The notes beneath the pieces are model-generated. The model saw only the letters and a program-made list of their open reading frames with translations. It did no database searches and was not told the origin of the DNA. A stretch of DNA of 27,033 bases, from positions 1 through 27,033 of the forward strand of contig JAZGDH010000079.1 of NCBI GenBank assembly GCA_036477555.1, read 5' to 3'. This stretch comes from Acidobacteriota bacterium (GTDB lineage Bacteria; Acidobacteriota; Polarisedimenticolia; Gp22-AA2). Each line of letters starts with the position of its first letter. The first letter of the stretch is position 1. The translations under genes were made by a program, and so were the position numbers. Shown piece by piece: positions 1-8,512 of this stretch.

Positions 1-618
1 ACCGTCGAAAAATCGGTCTACATCCAGTCCGGGCGGCCGATATTCGCCACATCCAGCGACCGGGACGATCGCCTGGGGAACTTCTTCCTCAAGCAGGGAC
101 AGGTGTCGCTGGAAGACCTGCTGACCGCCATCGACGAATCGATGCATCAGAAAAAACGCCTCGGCACGCTGCTCGTCGAGGGGGGAGCCATTCAGCCCCA
201 CGATCTCGTCGAGGCGGTGATGAACCAGGCACGGAACATCATCTGCAATCTGTTCCTCTGGACCCGGGGACGGTACCGCTACGCACCGGGAGCCCTTCCC
301 AGCGATGAGGTGATCACACTCAAACTGAGCGCCAGCGAAATCGTCCTCGAGGGGGTCAAGCGAATCCAGAGCTGGGAGAGGATCTGGGAGGCGGTCGGAG
401 GGATGGAGACCCGTTATCAGACGTGTGACGGGATCGAGCGGCAGGTGAAGGAGATGAAACTGGATCTGCCGGAGTGGACCCTGCTCTCACACTGCGATCG
501 CCCCACCACGGTGCGTGATCTCTGCAGGACGTCCGACATGAATGACTTCGAGATCTGCCGGCTGCTCTGGGGGCTGGTCACTCTCGGGATCGTGCAGAGG
601 ACCTCGGAGTCAGGGTAA
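1..618 (+). CDS. DUF4388 (PatA-N-like) domain protein with tandem MshEN-like motif; 5' end lies outside the window
   Basis: Frame 1 is open from base 1 (TVEKSVYIQSGRPIFATSSDRDDRLG...) to TAA at 616-618. It shows the typical DUF4388 pattern (K-x-VYxxxGxxxFA; LFxWxxGxYxY; LLxxxD...) and two RLGxx-xxxxG-xxxxxL repeats. Confidence 0.7.
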   Translation, partial: TVEKSVYIQSGRPIFATSSDRDDRLGNFFLKQGQVSLEDLLTAIDESMHQKKRLGTLLVEGGAIQPHDLVEAVMNQARNIICNLFLWTRGRYRYAPGALPSDEVITLKLSASEIVLEGVKRIQSWERIWEAVGGMETRYQTCDGIERQVKEMKLDLPEWTLLSHCDRPTTVRDLCRTSDMNDFEICRLLWGLVTLGIVQRTSESG

Positions 619-1635
619 CCGATCCACCATTCCGGCGGTTCGCTGGACCAGTTCTTCCGCCGCCGGTGCCGCCGTGCCGACCTTCCCGACCACCAGGCCC
701 GCAGCCTGATTGGCCAGCATCGACGCCTCGGTCACCGCCGCTCCCGCGGCGAGAGCGAGAGCCAGCGTCGCGGCGACCGTATCTCCGGCCCCGGTGACGT
801 CGAACACTTCGCGCGCGGTCGTCGGGATCGAGAGCGCACCGCCCTCCCCATCCAGCAGCAACATCCCACGCTCACCGCGCGTGATCAGGAGGTGGGGACA
901 GGCCAGCATTTCGAGCAACTTTCTCCCCGCCACGATCAAATCTTCCTCGGTCCGGACCGGCAACCCGGCGGCCTCCGTCGCCTCGCGGGTGTTGGGTGTC
1001 ACGATCGTGGCCGGTCGGTAGTGCCTGAAGAGGGGCACCTTGGGATCGATGACGACAGGGAGCCGCCGCCTCGCCGCTTCGGGGAGGACGGCCCGGAGCA
1101 GGCGTTCGCTGATACACCCCTTCGCATAATCCGAAATCACGACCACCTGGACCCGATCGAGAAGACCGGTGGCGCGCCTCTCGAGGTCGGCCGCGGTCCC
1201 GGCCGGAAGTGGATCGTCCTGCTCCCGATCGACGCGGACCACGTGCTGGCCATGCGCGATGACGCGCATCTTCACCGTCGTCGGCCGATCGACCGTCGTG
1301 ATCAGTCCATCAGTCGGGATGCCGGCTTCGCCACAGGCGCTCTCCAGCTCCTCCCCCTCGCGGTCGTCCCCCCTCACACCGACCGGGATGGCGCGCCCGC
1401 CGAGCATGACGATGTTGCGGGCGACGTTCGCCGCGCCGCCGAGCGCGCGATTCTCCCGCTCGTGTCGAACGACCGGCACGGGCGCCTCAGGAGAGATGCG
1501 CGACACCCGCCCCCAGATGAAACGATCGATCATCAGGTCACCGACCACGAGTGCGGAGATCTCCCCGAACCGCCCGATGAGATCGATTGCGCGCGCGGTG
1601 TCCAGAGGAGGAGCGGTATTTTTTCGAGTGGTCAG
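610..1635 (-). CDS. rfaE1: D-glycero-beta-D-manno-heptose-7-phosphate kinase (RfaE/HldE domain I, PfkB family), stand-alone
   Basis: VGDLMID...RISPEAPVPVV, GGAANVA, SDYAKG, TPNTRE and DVTGAGDT are hallmark motifs. The frame stays open upstream of the GTG at 1548; the start is placed tentatively at a CTG at 1635 with GAGGA 6 nt upstream. Confidence 0.9.
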   Translation of the reverse strand: MTTRKNTAPPLDTARAIDLIGRFGEISALVVGDLMIDRFIWGRVSRISPEAPVPVVRHERENRALGGAANVARNIVMLGGRAIPVGVRGDDREGEELESACGEAGIPTDGLITTVDRPTTVKMRVIAHGQHVVRVDREQDDPLPAGTAADLERRATGLLDRVQVVVISDYAKGCISERLLRAVLPEAARRRLPVVIDPKVPLFRHYRPATIVTPNTREATEAAGLPVRTEEDLIVAGRKLLEMLACPHLLITRGERGMLLLDGEGGALSIPTTAREVFDVTGAGDTVAATLALALAAGAAVTEASMLANQAAGLVVGKVGTAAPAAEELVQRTAGMVDRLP

Positions 1636-1817
1636 GAGTGATCCTCGGGTTCGATGGTCGCCTCCTCGGCCAGCATGACCGGGATATCCCCATCGACGAT
1701 CGGATATCGCCGGCTGCAGGATCGGCAGACGAGGCTTTTTTCGTCCGCGGAAGGGATCACCTCCGTCTTACAGACGGGACAGGCCAGAATCTCGAGCAGC
1801 TTGGGATCAATGACCAT
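1632..1817 (-). CDS. Trm112-family (YcaR/UPF0434-like) small zinc-ribbon protein
   Basis: MVIDPKLLEILACPVCK...LVCRSCSRRYPIVDGDIPVML; GGAG 6 nt before the ATG. This family is commonly found beside LPS genes. Confidence 0.9.
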   Translation of the reverse strand: MVIDPKLLEILACPVCKTEVIPSADEKSLVCRSCSRRYPIVDGDIPVMLAEEATIEPEDHS

Positions 1818-1843
1818 GCAGGTCTCCGGGAGCGACGACCGGC

Positions 1844-1852
1844 CTTATAGCA
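1844..1852 (-). promoter_or_regulatory. Putative extended -10 promoter (TGc TATAAG) for the Trm112-rfaE1 genes
   Basis: The minus strand reads TGCTATAAG about 27 nt upstream of the Trm112 start. Confidence 0.4.
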
Positions 1853-1979
1853 CCGCCTCGAAAACCTTGTCAAACGACCGCTCCCGGTGACCCCCGGAGG
1901 GCCGAGGCCGTGGCGCCTCACCCGCGCGGCACCTCACACCGCCCTCGGGGCTGTTCGCCGGCGCGCCCCGGGCTGTAAG

Positions 1980-3098
1980 ATGCCACTGTCGATGTCTGAT
2001 CCCACCGTTCCGGTATCCGCTGCCGACCGCCTTCTGGTCATCCGACTGGGTGCGGTCGGGGACGTGCTCCGCACGCTCCCGGCCCTCCACCTGATCCGGA
2101 AGACCTACGCCTCGGTTCACGTGGCATGGATCGTCGAGGACCTGTCTCGGGATCTCCTCGAGGGACATCCCGAGATCGATCAGGTGATCCGCTTTCCACG
2201 CCGGGAGTTTTCGGCTGAAGCGCGACGTCCTTACCTGCTGGCGGCCAGGCTCGGGAGCCTCGGCCGGGAACTGCGCCGGCATCGGTTTACTATCGCTGTC
2301 GATTTTCAGGGGAGCCTCAAGAGCGGCATCCTCTCACTCCTGTCCGGTGCGAAGGCGCGCCTCGGCTTTGCTCCCGGCCACGCCCGCGAGATGAGTTCGC
2401 TGTTCGCCAACCGATGGGTCAGACCGCGCTCCCGCTGGATGAACCGGGTCGAGCGGAACCTCCTGATGTCCGAAGCGCTCGGAGCCTCGGGGGACGAAAT
2501 CATCATGGATGTTCACGAGACCGAGGCCGAGGCTCGCGAGGCGGAGATGATCCTGAGGCAGGTGGTCCCCGAGGTGGAGCCACTCGTGGTGCTCTCTCCC
2601 GGCACCAGCCGGCGCCAGGCGTACAAGCGGTGGCCGATCGATCGATTCGCCCGCCTCGCGGTGCGCCTGCGCGATCGTCTCGGCGCCGTGCCCCTCATCA
2701 CCTGGGGGCCCGGCGAGGAGCAAATGGTATCCGGCATCGTGCGTTCCTCGGGAGGAGCCGCCGTACCCTCCCCGGCGATCGGCCTGCGGGTGCTCGCGGC
2801 TCTGTTGCGCCGCGCTTCGCTGTTCGTCGGCGCAGACACCGGGCCGATGCACCTCGCGTGGGGAGTGGGGTGCCCCGTCGTGGCCCTGTTCGGACCGACC
2901 GACCCGCGTCTCAATGCCCCGCTCGGTGAGAATCACGTCGTCCTTTGCGGTGACACGACGACCGATGCGATCTCGACCGACGAGGTGTTCGGGGCGGTGC
3001 GGGATGCGCTCGCACGTTCTGGCGGCCGACTGCGGTCCGAGCCACCGCGGTTGTCGAGGTCGACCGTGTTCGCGGCGCGATCCGGCGGGGACTCATGA
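1980..3098 (+). CDS. Glycosyltransferase family 9 (LPS heptosyltransferase, WaaC-like)
   Basis: LLVIRLGAVGDVLRTLPAL, AVDFQGSLKSG, FVGADTGPMHLA and VALFGPTDP. The start is probably the ATG at 1980 or 1992, not the GTG at 1887. Its stop overlaps the next ATG (ATGA). Confidence 0.9.
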   Translation: MPLSMSDPTVPVSAADRLLVIRLGAVGDVLRTLPALHLIRKTYASVHVAWIVEDLSRDLLEGHPEIDQVIRFPRREFSAEARRPYLLAARLGSLGRELRRHRFTIAVDFQGSLKSGILSLLSGAKARLGFAPGHAREMSSLFANRWVRPRSRWMNRVERNLLMSEALGASGDEIIMDVHETEAEAREAEMILRQVVPEVEPLVVLSPGTSRRQAYKRWPIDRFARLAVRLRDRLGAVPLITWGPGEEQMVSGIVRSSGGAAVPSPAIGLRVLAALLRRASLFVGADTGPMHLAWGVGCPVVALFGPTDPRLNAPLGENHVVLCGDTTTDAISTDEVFGAVRDALARSGGRLRSEPPRLSRSTVFAARSGGDS

Positions 3099-4225
3099 GA
3101 CCGATCCCTCCGTCGGCGATCCGCAGGATCCTGATCCGGGCGAATAACTGGATCGGCGATGTGGTGATGATCTCTCCCGCCGTCCGCGCGCTTCGCGAAC
3201 ACTTCCGTGGCGCGCGGATCGCCATCCTTGCCAAACCCTGGGTGCTCGAAACGCTGCGGGGGAATTCATTCTACGATGATCTGATCGAGTACGATGATGA
3301 GGGTCACCACGCCGGGGTGGGCGGGTTCCTGAGGCTGGTCGCACGGCTGCGGAAAGAACGGTTCGATCTCGCGATCCTCTTTCAGAAGGCGTTCGAGGCT
3401 GCTGCGATCGCCCGACTGGCCGGCATCCCGTCCCGGGTCGGTTATGCCACCGATATTCGCAGCGCGCTGTTGACCCATCCCCTTCCGTTACCGCCGGCCG
3501 ACACTCATCACATCGATCTCTTCCTCGGGATCCCTGCGTCCCTCGGCTGCGCGATCAGCGACCCGCTTCCCTTCTTCCAGGTCGGTGCCGGCCCCCGTGC
3601 GCGCGCGGTCGATTTTCTCCGCAAAGCCGGCACCGAGGACGATCGACCGCTGGTGGCACTGCACCCGGGCGCCTCAAAGGCACCGCGAGCCTGGCATCCG
3701 GAACGGTTCGCCGCTCTGGGGCGCCGGCTCGGACAACGGATTGGAGCCCGCGTCCTGCTGCTCGCCGGTCCCGGCGATCGAAGATTGAGTGAGGAGATCC
3801 GCCGGGGCCTGCCCCGGGACTGCATCGTGCCGACAGGGAGTGACCTGACCGTCCAGATGATGGCCGGCCTGATCGAGCGCTGCAAACTTTTCATAGGGAA
3901 CGACAGCGGTCCGATGCATCTGGCGGCCGCCCTCGACGTGCCGACACTCGCGTTCTTCGGACCCGGCGCGCCGCGCCGCACTGCGCCGAGAGCCCGTTCG
4001 AATCGAATCACCTGCTTGAGCCGGGACTATCCGTGCGCACCCTGCCGGCAGGATTTCTTCCAGGAGTGTCCCCCCGCCCCCTCCGGCAAGCCTTTCTGCC
4101 TCGAAGAGATTCGTGTCGAGGAGGCGGAGGCGCACGCACTTGCGCTACTCGATGCCGGACCGATCCGTGCGCCGCTCGGCGGAGGACGCGCCGGATGCCA
4201 GCCATCCGACGCGGTGCAGACCTAA
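3095..4225 (+). CDS. waaF: Lipopolysaccharide heptosyltransferase II (GT9)
   Basis: ILIRANNWIGDVVM, LHPGAS...W, FIGNDSGPMHLAAALDVPT and C-x-PC...C...C motifs are typical of WaaF. Confidence 0.85.
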   Translation: MRPIPPSAIRRILIRANNWIGDVVMISPAVRALREHFRGARIAILAKPWVLETLRGNSFYDDLIEYDDEGHHAGVGGFLRLVARLRKERFDLAILFQKAFEAAAIARLAGIPSRVGYATDIRSALLTHPLPLPPADTHHIDLFLGIPASLGCAISDPLPFFQVGAGPRARAVDFLRKAGTEDDRPLVALHPGASKAPRAWHPERFAALGRRLGQRIGARVLLLAGPGDRRLSEEIRRGLPRDCIVPTGSDLTVQMMAGLIERCKLFIGNDSGPMHLAAALDVPTLAFFGPGAPRRTAPRARSNRITCLSRDYPCAPCRQDFFQECPPAPSGKPFCLEEIRVEEAEAHALALLDAGPIRAPLGGGRAGCQPSDAVQT

Positions 4226-5014
4226 TCGCGATCGGTGTCTCTGGAGCGCCCGCTGGAATCGCTTCAACAAGATACGATCGTTCTGGCAGTACCGCCTCAG
4301 GAAAATCAACTCTTCGCGCGCCGACAGCCGAAAGCGGCCGGCGATCCACTTCTCGTACGAGCGCAGCAGCCGCGCGAGATTTCGAAAACGCCCGCGGAAT
4401 CCGATCTGGTGGTAAAAAGCACCGCCGTCCAGATCGACGATCTGCACCCGATCCCCACCCGCGCCACGCCCGAACAGAATATTCGTGACGTTCAGGTCGG
4501 CATGCAGGAAACCGATGTCGTGCATCTTGCGGATGAGATCGGCACTCTTCTCGAGAGCGATCCGCCGGCGGCGCCACGGCGCGTTAGCGCGCGCCACTTC
4601 ATAGAGATTCTGGGCTTCCCGGACGGCGCCCGTGATGATGGCATGCGCGTGCAGCGGCCCCAGCACCCGCCGCCAGCCCACCGCGAGGACCTGGGGCGTC
4701 GTCACGCCGGCCCGGTCGAGGCGATCCGCAGCCACGAGTTGGTCGCGAATCCTGCGCGTACCTGGATAGAGACTCCGGATCATCGGACCGACCAGACCGC
4801 CGTGCTGGGCGCGCTTGCCGACGGCCTCCACGTCACCGAGGCGCATGCGCAGGAGTGCTCCCCGGCCGCCCCCCGCCCCGCGGCGGCGCTCGGCCCGCCC
4901 GAGCAGGAGCCGATCCGCGTCACCGCGCTGGATCTCCTCGGCGCATTCGTGGCGGGCGATCCAGCATGCCACCGGCGATCGCACTTCAGCGTAGCCGATA
5001 GGCAACCTCGCCAT
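4145..5014 (-). CDS. LPS/Kdo kinase-family protein (KdkA/InaA-like)
   Basis: GGRG glycine loop, GVTTPQVLA, catalytic HADLNVTNIL and IVDLD (DFG-equivalent), and a RNLARLLRS C-terminal helix. Start set at the ATG at 5014, 8 nt after the tatC stop. Confidence 0.8.
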   Translation of the reverse strand: MARLPIGYAEVRSPVACWIARHECAEEIQRGDADRLLLGRAERRRGAGGGRGALLRMRLGDVEAVGKRAQHGGLVGPMIRSLYPGTRRIRDQLVAADRLDRAGVTTPQVLAVGWRRVLGPLHAHAIITGAVREAQNLYEVARANAPWRRRRIALEKSADLIRKMHDIGFLHADLNVTNILFGRGAGGDRVQIVDLDGGAFYHQIGFRGRFRNLARLLRSYEKWIAGRFRLSAREELIFLRRYCQNDRILLKRFQRALQRHRSRLGLHRVGWLASGASSAERRTDRSGIE

Positions 5015-5022
5015 GTGGGGAC

Positions 5023-5811
5023 TCAAGATCCTTCCTGCCCATCCCCCGCCCCGTCCCGTTCGGTGTCGGGGCCCCGCGGACGCCCGAAGACCCGGGCCAC
5101 CAGAATCCCGACTAGGTAGAGGAGGATCATCGGCCCGGCGAACACGCACTGTGTCACGATATCCGGCGTCGGGGTGATGATCGCCGCGATGATGAAAATT
5201 ATCAGAACGGCGTACTTAAACTTCCGCCATAGAAAGCCAGGCGTGACGAGGCCAAGCCGCGCCAGAAAATAGATGACGGTCGGCAGCTCGAATACGATCG
5301 CCAGCCCCAGAATGATTCTGCTCTCGAAGCCGAACAGATTACTCACCCGCAGCGCAGGCTCGAAATCCTCGCCGACCTGCAGCAGGAACCGGCCCGCCGT
5401 AGGGAACCCGACGTAATAGCCGAATGCCCCCCCCGCGAGAAAGAAGACCGTCGAGAACAGAATGAACGGCAGTGCGTAGTGCCGTTCGCGTGGGTAGAGC
5501 CCGGGGGAAATGAACTTCCACGCCTGGTAAAATATGAAGGGTGCAGAAATAAACAGCGCGACGACGAAGGCCACTCTCATATAAAGCAGGAACGGCTCGG
5601 TGATGTCGATGAAGACCGGGCGATGGTCCCCCAGGAACGGCTGGATCGGGACGAGGAAAAACGTCAGGAGGCGCCTGGCGTTGGTCAGCGCCAGCAGGAA
5701 TGCGACACCAACACTGAGGAGTGACAGAAGGAGGCGCTTCCGGAGCTCTTCGAGATGCTCCAGAAACCCCATCGTGGGAAGGTTACTGCGATTCTTTTCC
5801 GGTTTCGGCAT
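5023..5811 (-). CDS. tatC: Twin-arginine translocase subunit TatC
   Basis: [34 protein letters not shown] and IITPTPD, plus about six hydrophobic segments. Confidence 0.97.
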   Translation of the reverse strand: MPKPEKNRSNLPTMGFLEHLEELRKRLLLSLLSVGVAFLLALTNARRLLTFFLVPIQPFLGDHRPVFIDITEPFLLYMRVAFVVALFISAPFIFYQAWKFISPGLYPRERHYALPFILFSTVFFLAGGAFGYYVGFPTAGRFLLQVGEDFEPALRVSNLFGFESRIILGLAIVFELPTVIYFLARLGLVTPGFLWRKFKYAVLIIFIIAAIITPTPDIVTQCVFAGPMILLYLVGILVARVFGRPRGPDTERDGAGDGQEGS

Positions 5812-6058
5812 CGGGGGCTGCGGGCGTCCCGTCCTTCTCTTCGGTCGGATCGGGCGGTTTCTCGTCGGAGCGCTTCGGCTTCTCCATGCGGGACACCTCG
5901 GTGTCGAGCGTCGTTCTCAGGTCGGTGGCGGCCCGGCGGAATTCTCCCAGTCCGCGGCCGATCATCCGGCCCAGCTCGGGCAGTTTTCGGGGCCCGAAGA
6001 TGAGGAGCGCCACCACGAAGATGACGATCAACTCGGGCCCGCCGATCGATCCGAACAT
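5783..6058 (-). CDS. tatA: Twin-arginine translocase TatA/TatB-family subunit
   Basis: [42 protein letters not shown]; strong GGAGGAGG RBS before the ATG at 6058. TatA versus TatB cannot be resolved from this sequence alone. Confidence 0.85.
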   Translation of the reverse strand: MFGSIGGPELIVIFVVALLIFGPRKLPELGRMIGRGLGEFRRAATDLRTTLDTEVSRMEKPKRSDEKPPDPTEEKDGTPAAPDAETGKESQ

Positions 6059-6084
6059 GCTCTGCCTCCTCCGCGCCGGCACGA

Positions 6085-6093
6085 ATCTTAGCA
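6085..6093 (-). promoter_or_regulatory. Putative extended -10 promoter (TGc TAAGAT) for the tat operon
   Basis: The minus strand reads TGCTAAGAT about 27 nt upstream of the tatA start. Confidence 0.4.
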
Positions 6094-6168
6094 CCTTCGG
6101 CTCTCGCGGGGGTTGCGGTCCAGGCTCCCGGGCGCCGGTTTCCTGACGTTTTCCACCTGCCGCTTTCC

Positions 6169-6197
6169 TTTACAGGACACTCCCCGGACACTATAAT
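6169..6197 (+). promoter_or_regulatory. Sigma70-type promoter for the S41 peptidase
   Basis: TTTACA (6169-6174), 17 nt spacer, TATAAT (6192-6197). Confidence 0.7.
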
Positions 6198-6229
6198 TTC
6201 ATCACGTCACGCAAGAGAGGGGACTCCGA

Positions 6230-7801
6230 GTGAAACATCGTTCGCTTGTGGGGGGGATCGCTTTCATCGTCGCCGGCGCCGTCATCGGCGGAATGTTCGT
6301 CGGTCGCGCGGAATCCGGGACCGACACTTCCCCTGACAGGCTCGGCACCTATACCCAGCTCGTGAGTCTCGTTCAGGCCCGGGCGGCGGACGAGGTCGAC
6401 CCGCGGGTTGCCATCGAGGGGTCGATCCGCGGCATGCTCCGCTCTCTCGACCCGCACTCCAACTACCTGGATCCCGAAGATTACCGGGGCATGCTCGAGG
6501 AGCAGCACGGATCCTTCTCCGGCCTCGGAATCGTCATCTCGAAACCTTCGCTCGACAAGCCTCTCACCGTGATCTCCCCACTCGAGGAGACCCCGGCCTG
6601 GAGAGCAGGGATCCGGGCGGGAGATGTCATCTCTCAAATCGAAGGGGTCGACACGCTCGACATGGACATCGACGACGCCCTGAGGCTCCTCAAGGGTCCC
6701 CGAGGCACCCGGGTCTCGATCACGGTGACGCGTCCCGGTTACGACGAGGTGCTGCACTTCACCATCACCCGCGACAAGATCAAGACCCGCAGCATCCGGC
6801 AGGCGTTTCTCGTCCACCCGGGCACCGGCTACATCAGGATTGAGAACTTCACGCGGACCACCGATCGCGAGCTGGAGCAGAGGCTCCGGGATCTTCGCGC
6901 AGCGGGCATGGAGCGCCTGATCCTCGACCTGAGGCGCAATCCGGGCGGGCTGCTGGAGCAGGCGGTGAGGGTGTCCGATCGGTTCCTGAAGAAGAGCCAG
7001 ATGATCGTCTACACGCGCGGCCGGATCAGAGGCTCGGACCAGGAGTTCAGATCCACCGGCGAGGGAGTGCGTAACGAGCTGCCGCTGGTCGTGCTGGTGG
7101 ATAAGTACAGCGCCAGCGCCTCGGAAATTGTCGCCGGCGCGCTTCAGGACCATGATCGGGCCCTGATCGTCGGGAACACAACCTGGGGCAAGGGACTGGT
7201 GCAGACCGTCTACCCGCTCAGCCACGACGCCGCACTGGCTCTGACGACCGCGCGCTACTACACACCAAGCGGCCGTCTCATTCAGCGCGACTACCATTCG
7301 CTCGAGGACTACCTCAGCTACGAGGAGAACCTGGACGAGGCGATCACACCCAGCAGCGAGGTGCGTCGCACCGACGGTGGTCGAACCGTGTATGGTGGCG
7401 GCGGCATCCGACCCGACGTGATCGTGCCGATTCCGGAGAGATCCCGGTTCATCGATCGGCTCGAGCGCGGCCAGATGTTCTTCCATTTCGCCATCCACTA
7501 CAACACGAAGCGCAAGCTGATCCCGCGCGGCTTCGAGGTGACTGACGCCACCATCGAGGAGTTCAAACGGTTCCTGACCGCGCGCAAATTCGAATGGACC
7601 GATGAACAGATCATCGAAACCCGCCAGCGCCTCTCGAACGAGATCGAGGAGGCGATCGCCTCCGCACTGTGGGGACTCGAGGCCGGATACAAGGTCTACG
7701 CGCGAACGGATCCCCAGATCCAGAAGGCCCTCGAGCTCTTCCCCGAGGCGCGTCAGCTCGCCGAACTCTCCGACGGGCCGGAGACGGTGACCCCGCGCTG
7801 A
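6230..7801 (+). CDS. ctpA: S41 family C-terminal processing peptidase with PDZ domain (CtpA/Prc-like), N-terminal signal or anchor
   Basis: LDPHSNY, GSFSGLGI, GIRAGDVI, LILDLRRNPGGLL, catalytic SASASEIVAGAL and TWGKGLVQ, TARYYTPSGRLIQ. Confidence 0.93.
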   Translation: MKHRSLVGGIAFIVAGAVIGGMFVGRAESGTDTSPDRLGTYTQLVSLVQARAADEVDPRVAIEGSIRGMLRSLDPHSNYLDPEDYRGMLEEQHGSFSGLGIVISKPSLDKPLTVISPLEETPAWRAGIRAGDVISQIEGVDTLDMDIDDALRLLKGPRGTRVSITVTRPGYDEVLHFTITRDKIKTRSIRQAFLVHPGTGYIRIENFTRTTDRELEQRLRDLRAAGMERLILDLRRNPGGLLEQAVRVSDRFLKKSQMIVYTRGRIRGSDQEFRSTGEGVRNELPLVVLVDKYSASASEIVAGALQDHDRALIVGNTTWGKGLVQTVYPLSHDAALALTTARYYTPSGRLIQRDYHSLEDYLSYEENLDEAITPSSEVRRTDGGRTVYGGGGIRPDVIVPIPERSRFIDRLERGQMFFHFAIHYNTKRKLIPRGFEVTDATIEEFKRFLTARKFEWTDEQIIETRQRLSNEIEEAIASALWGLEAGYKVYARTDPQIQKALELFPEARQLAELSDGPETVTPR

Positions 7802-7852
7802 CGCATTCTTCCGCCTCGACCATTCGCACTCCGTGATCTATTCCGTGATTCT

Positions 7853-8512
7853 TCAGTTGGCGCTGGTCAGCAACCGGCAGGTGTCGGAATACGAACGCCT
7901 GTGGAAGGCGCAAAGCTCGTTGCGGCGCTCGGGAACCGTCATACCGTCGAGCAGCCGCGCGTGTCGATCCGCCAGACCGGCCGCTTCCCGGTAACGCTCC
8001 GCGCTCTCACCCTTTTCCCCGGAGTATTTCCCGAACAGATGATGGCGGGCCCAGAGGCGCAGGCCCTCCGGCAGGCGTGTCCGGCCGGTCTGCCGACCCA
8101 GGAGATGGAGGACGACGAGATATTTAGTCAGGTTGGCGTGATGCTCGAGCTCCAGCAGACTCACCGGGCGCCTCTCCGCCACCCGTCCCGCCAGGGTCAG
8201 CAGATGGTCGAGTTCCTCGATAAGCACCGAGAACTCGTCGATGTTCACGTCGCCGAGCCCGATCAATGGATTAAATTGCTCGAGATGCCGGACCAGCGCA
8301 TCCGGATAATAGATGGCCAGGCGAATCGAATCATGCTCCTGTCGCACCATCATCCGCGCACCGGAGGAGCGTTCGTGCTGCCCGTCTCCGTAGAGAACCT
8401 CGTATCCCTCGTCGCCGATCAGAAAAGGGCCGATGTCGTGAATCACCGGCCGCATTCCGTAGCTCCGTTCGATGATCGATTTCAGTACGACGATCAGGGG
8501 GGCAGCGTTCAT
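7853..8512 (-). CDS. Uncharacterised protein with EELDH...SLLELEHHA motif (possible zincin-like fold)
   Basis: 219 aa ORF with normal composition. Its ATG overlaps the stop of the upstream ATPase (ATGA at 8509-8512). Function unknown. Confidence 0.75.
   Translation of the reverse strand: MNAAPLIVVLKSIIERSYGMRPVIHDIGPFLIGDEGYEVLYGDGQHERSSGARMMVRQEHDSIRLAIYYPDALVRHLEQFNPLIGLGDVNIDEFSVLIEELDHLLTLAGRVAERRPVSLLELEHHANLTKYLVVLHLLGRQTGRTRLPEGLRLWARHHLFGKYSGEKGESAERYREAAGLADRHARLLDGMTVPERRNELCAFHRRSYSDTCRLLTSAN

Noticed and set aside
6088-6096. TTAGCACCT, a CIRCE-like half-site upstream of tatA
   Set aside because: There is no second arm at N9 spacing, and it coincides with the reverse-strand extended -10.
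6191-7498. 435-aa minus-strand ORF antisense to the S41 peptidase; similar shadows at 4235-5119, 11926-12702, 12753-13562, 19581-21110 overlaps, 20881-21714, 22610-23542 and 23564-24598
   Set aside because: All lie opposite well-supported genes and read as typical codon-bias shadows.
8141-8218. Two ExxH motifs in the partner protein suggesting a ferritin-like di-iron site
   Set aside because: They are only about 21 residues apart, much closer than in ferritin-like four-helix bundles, and the N-terminal half looks beta-rich.
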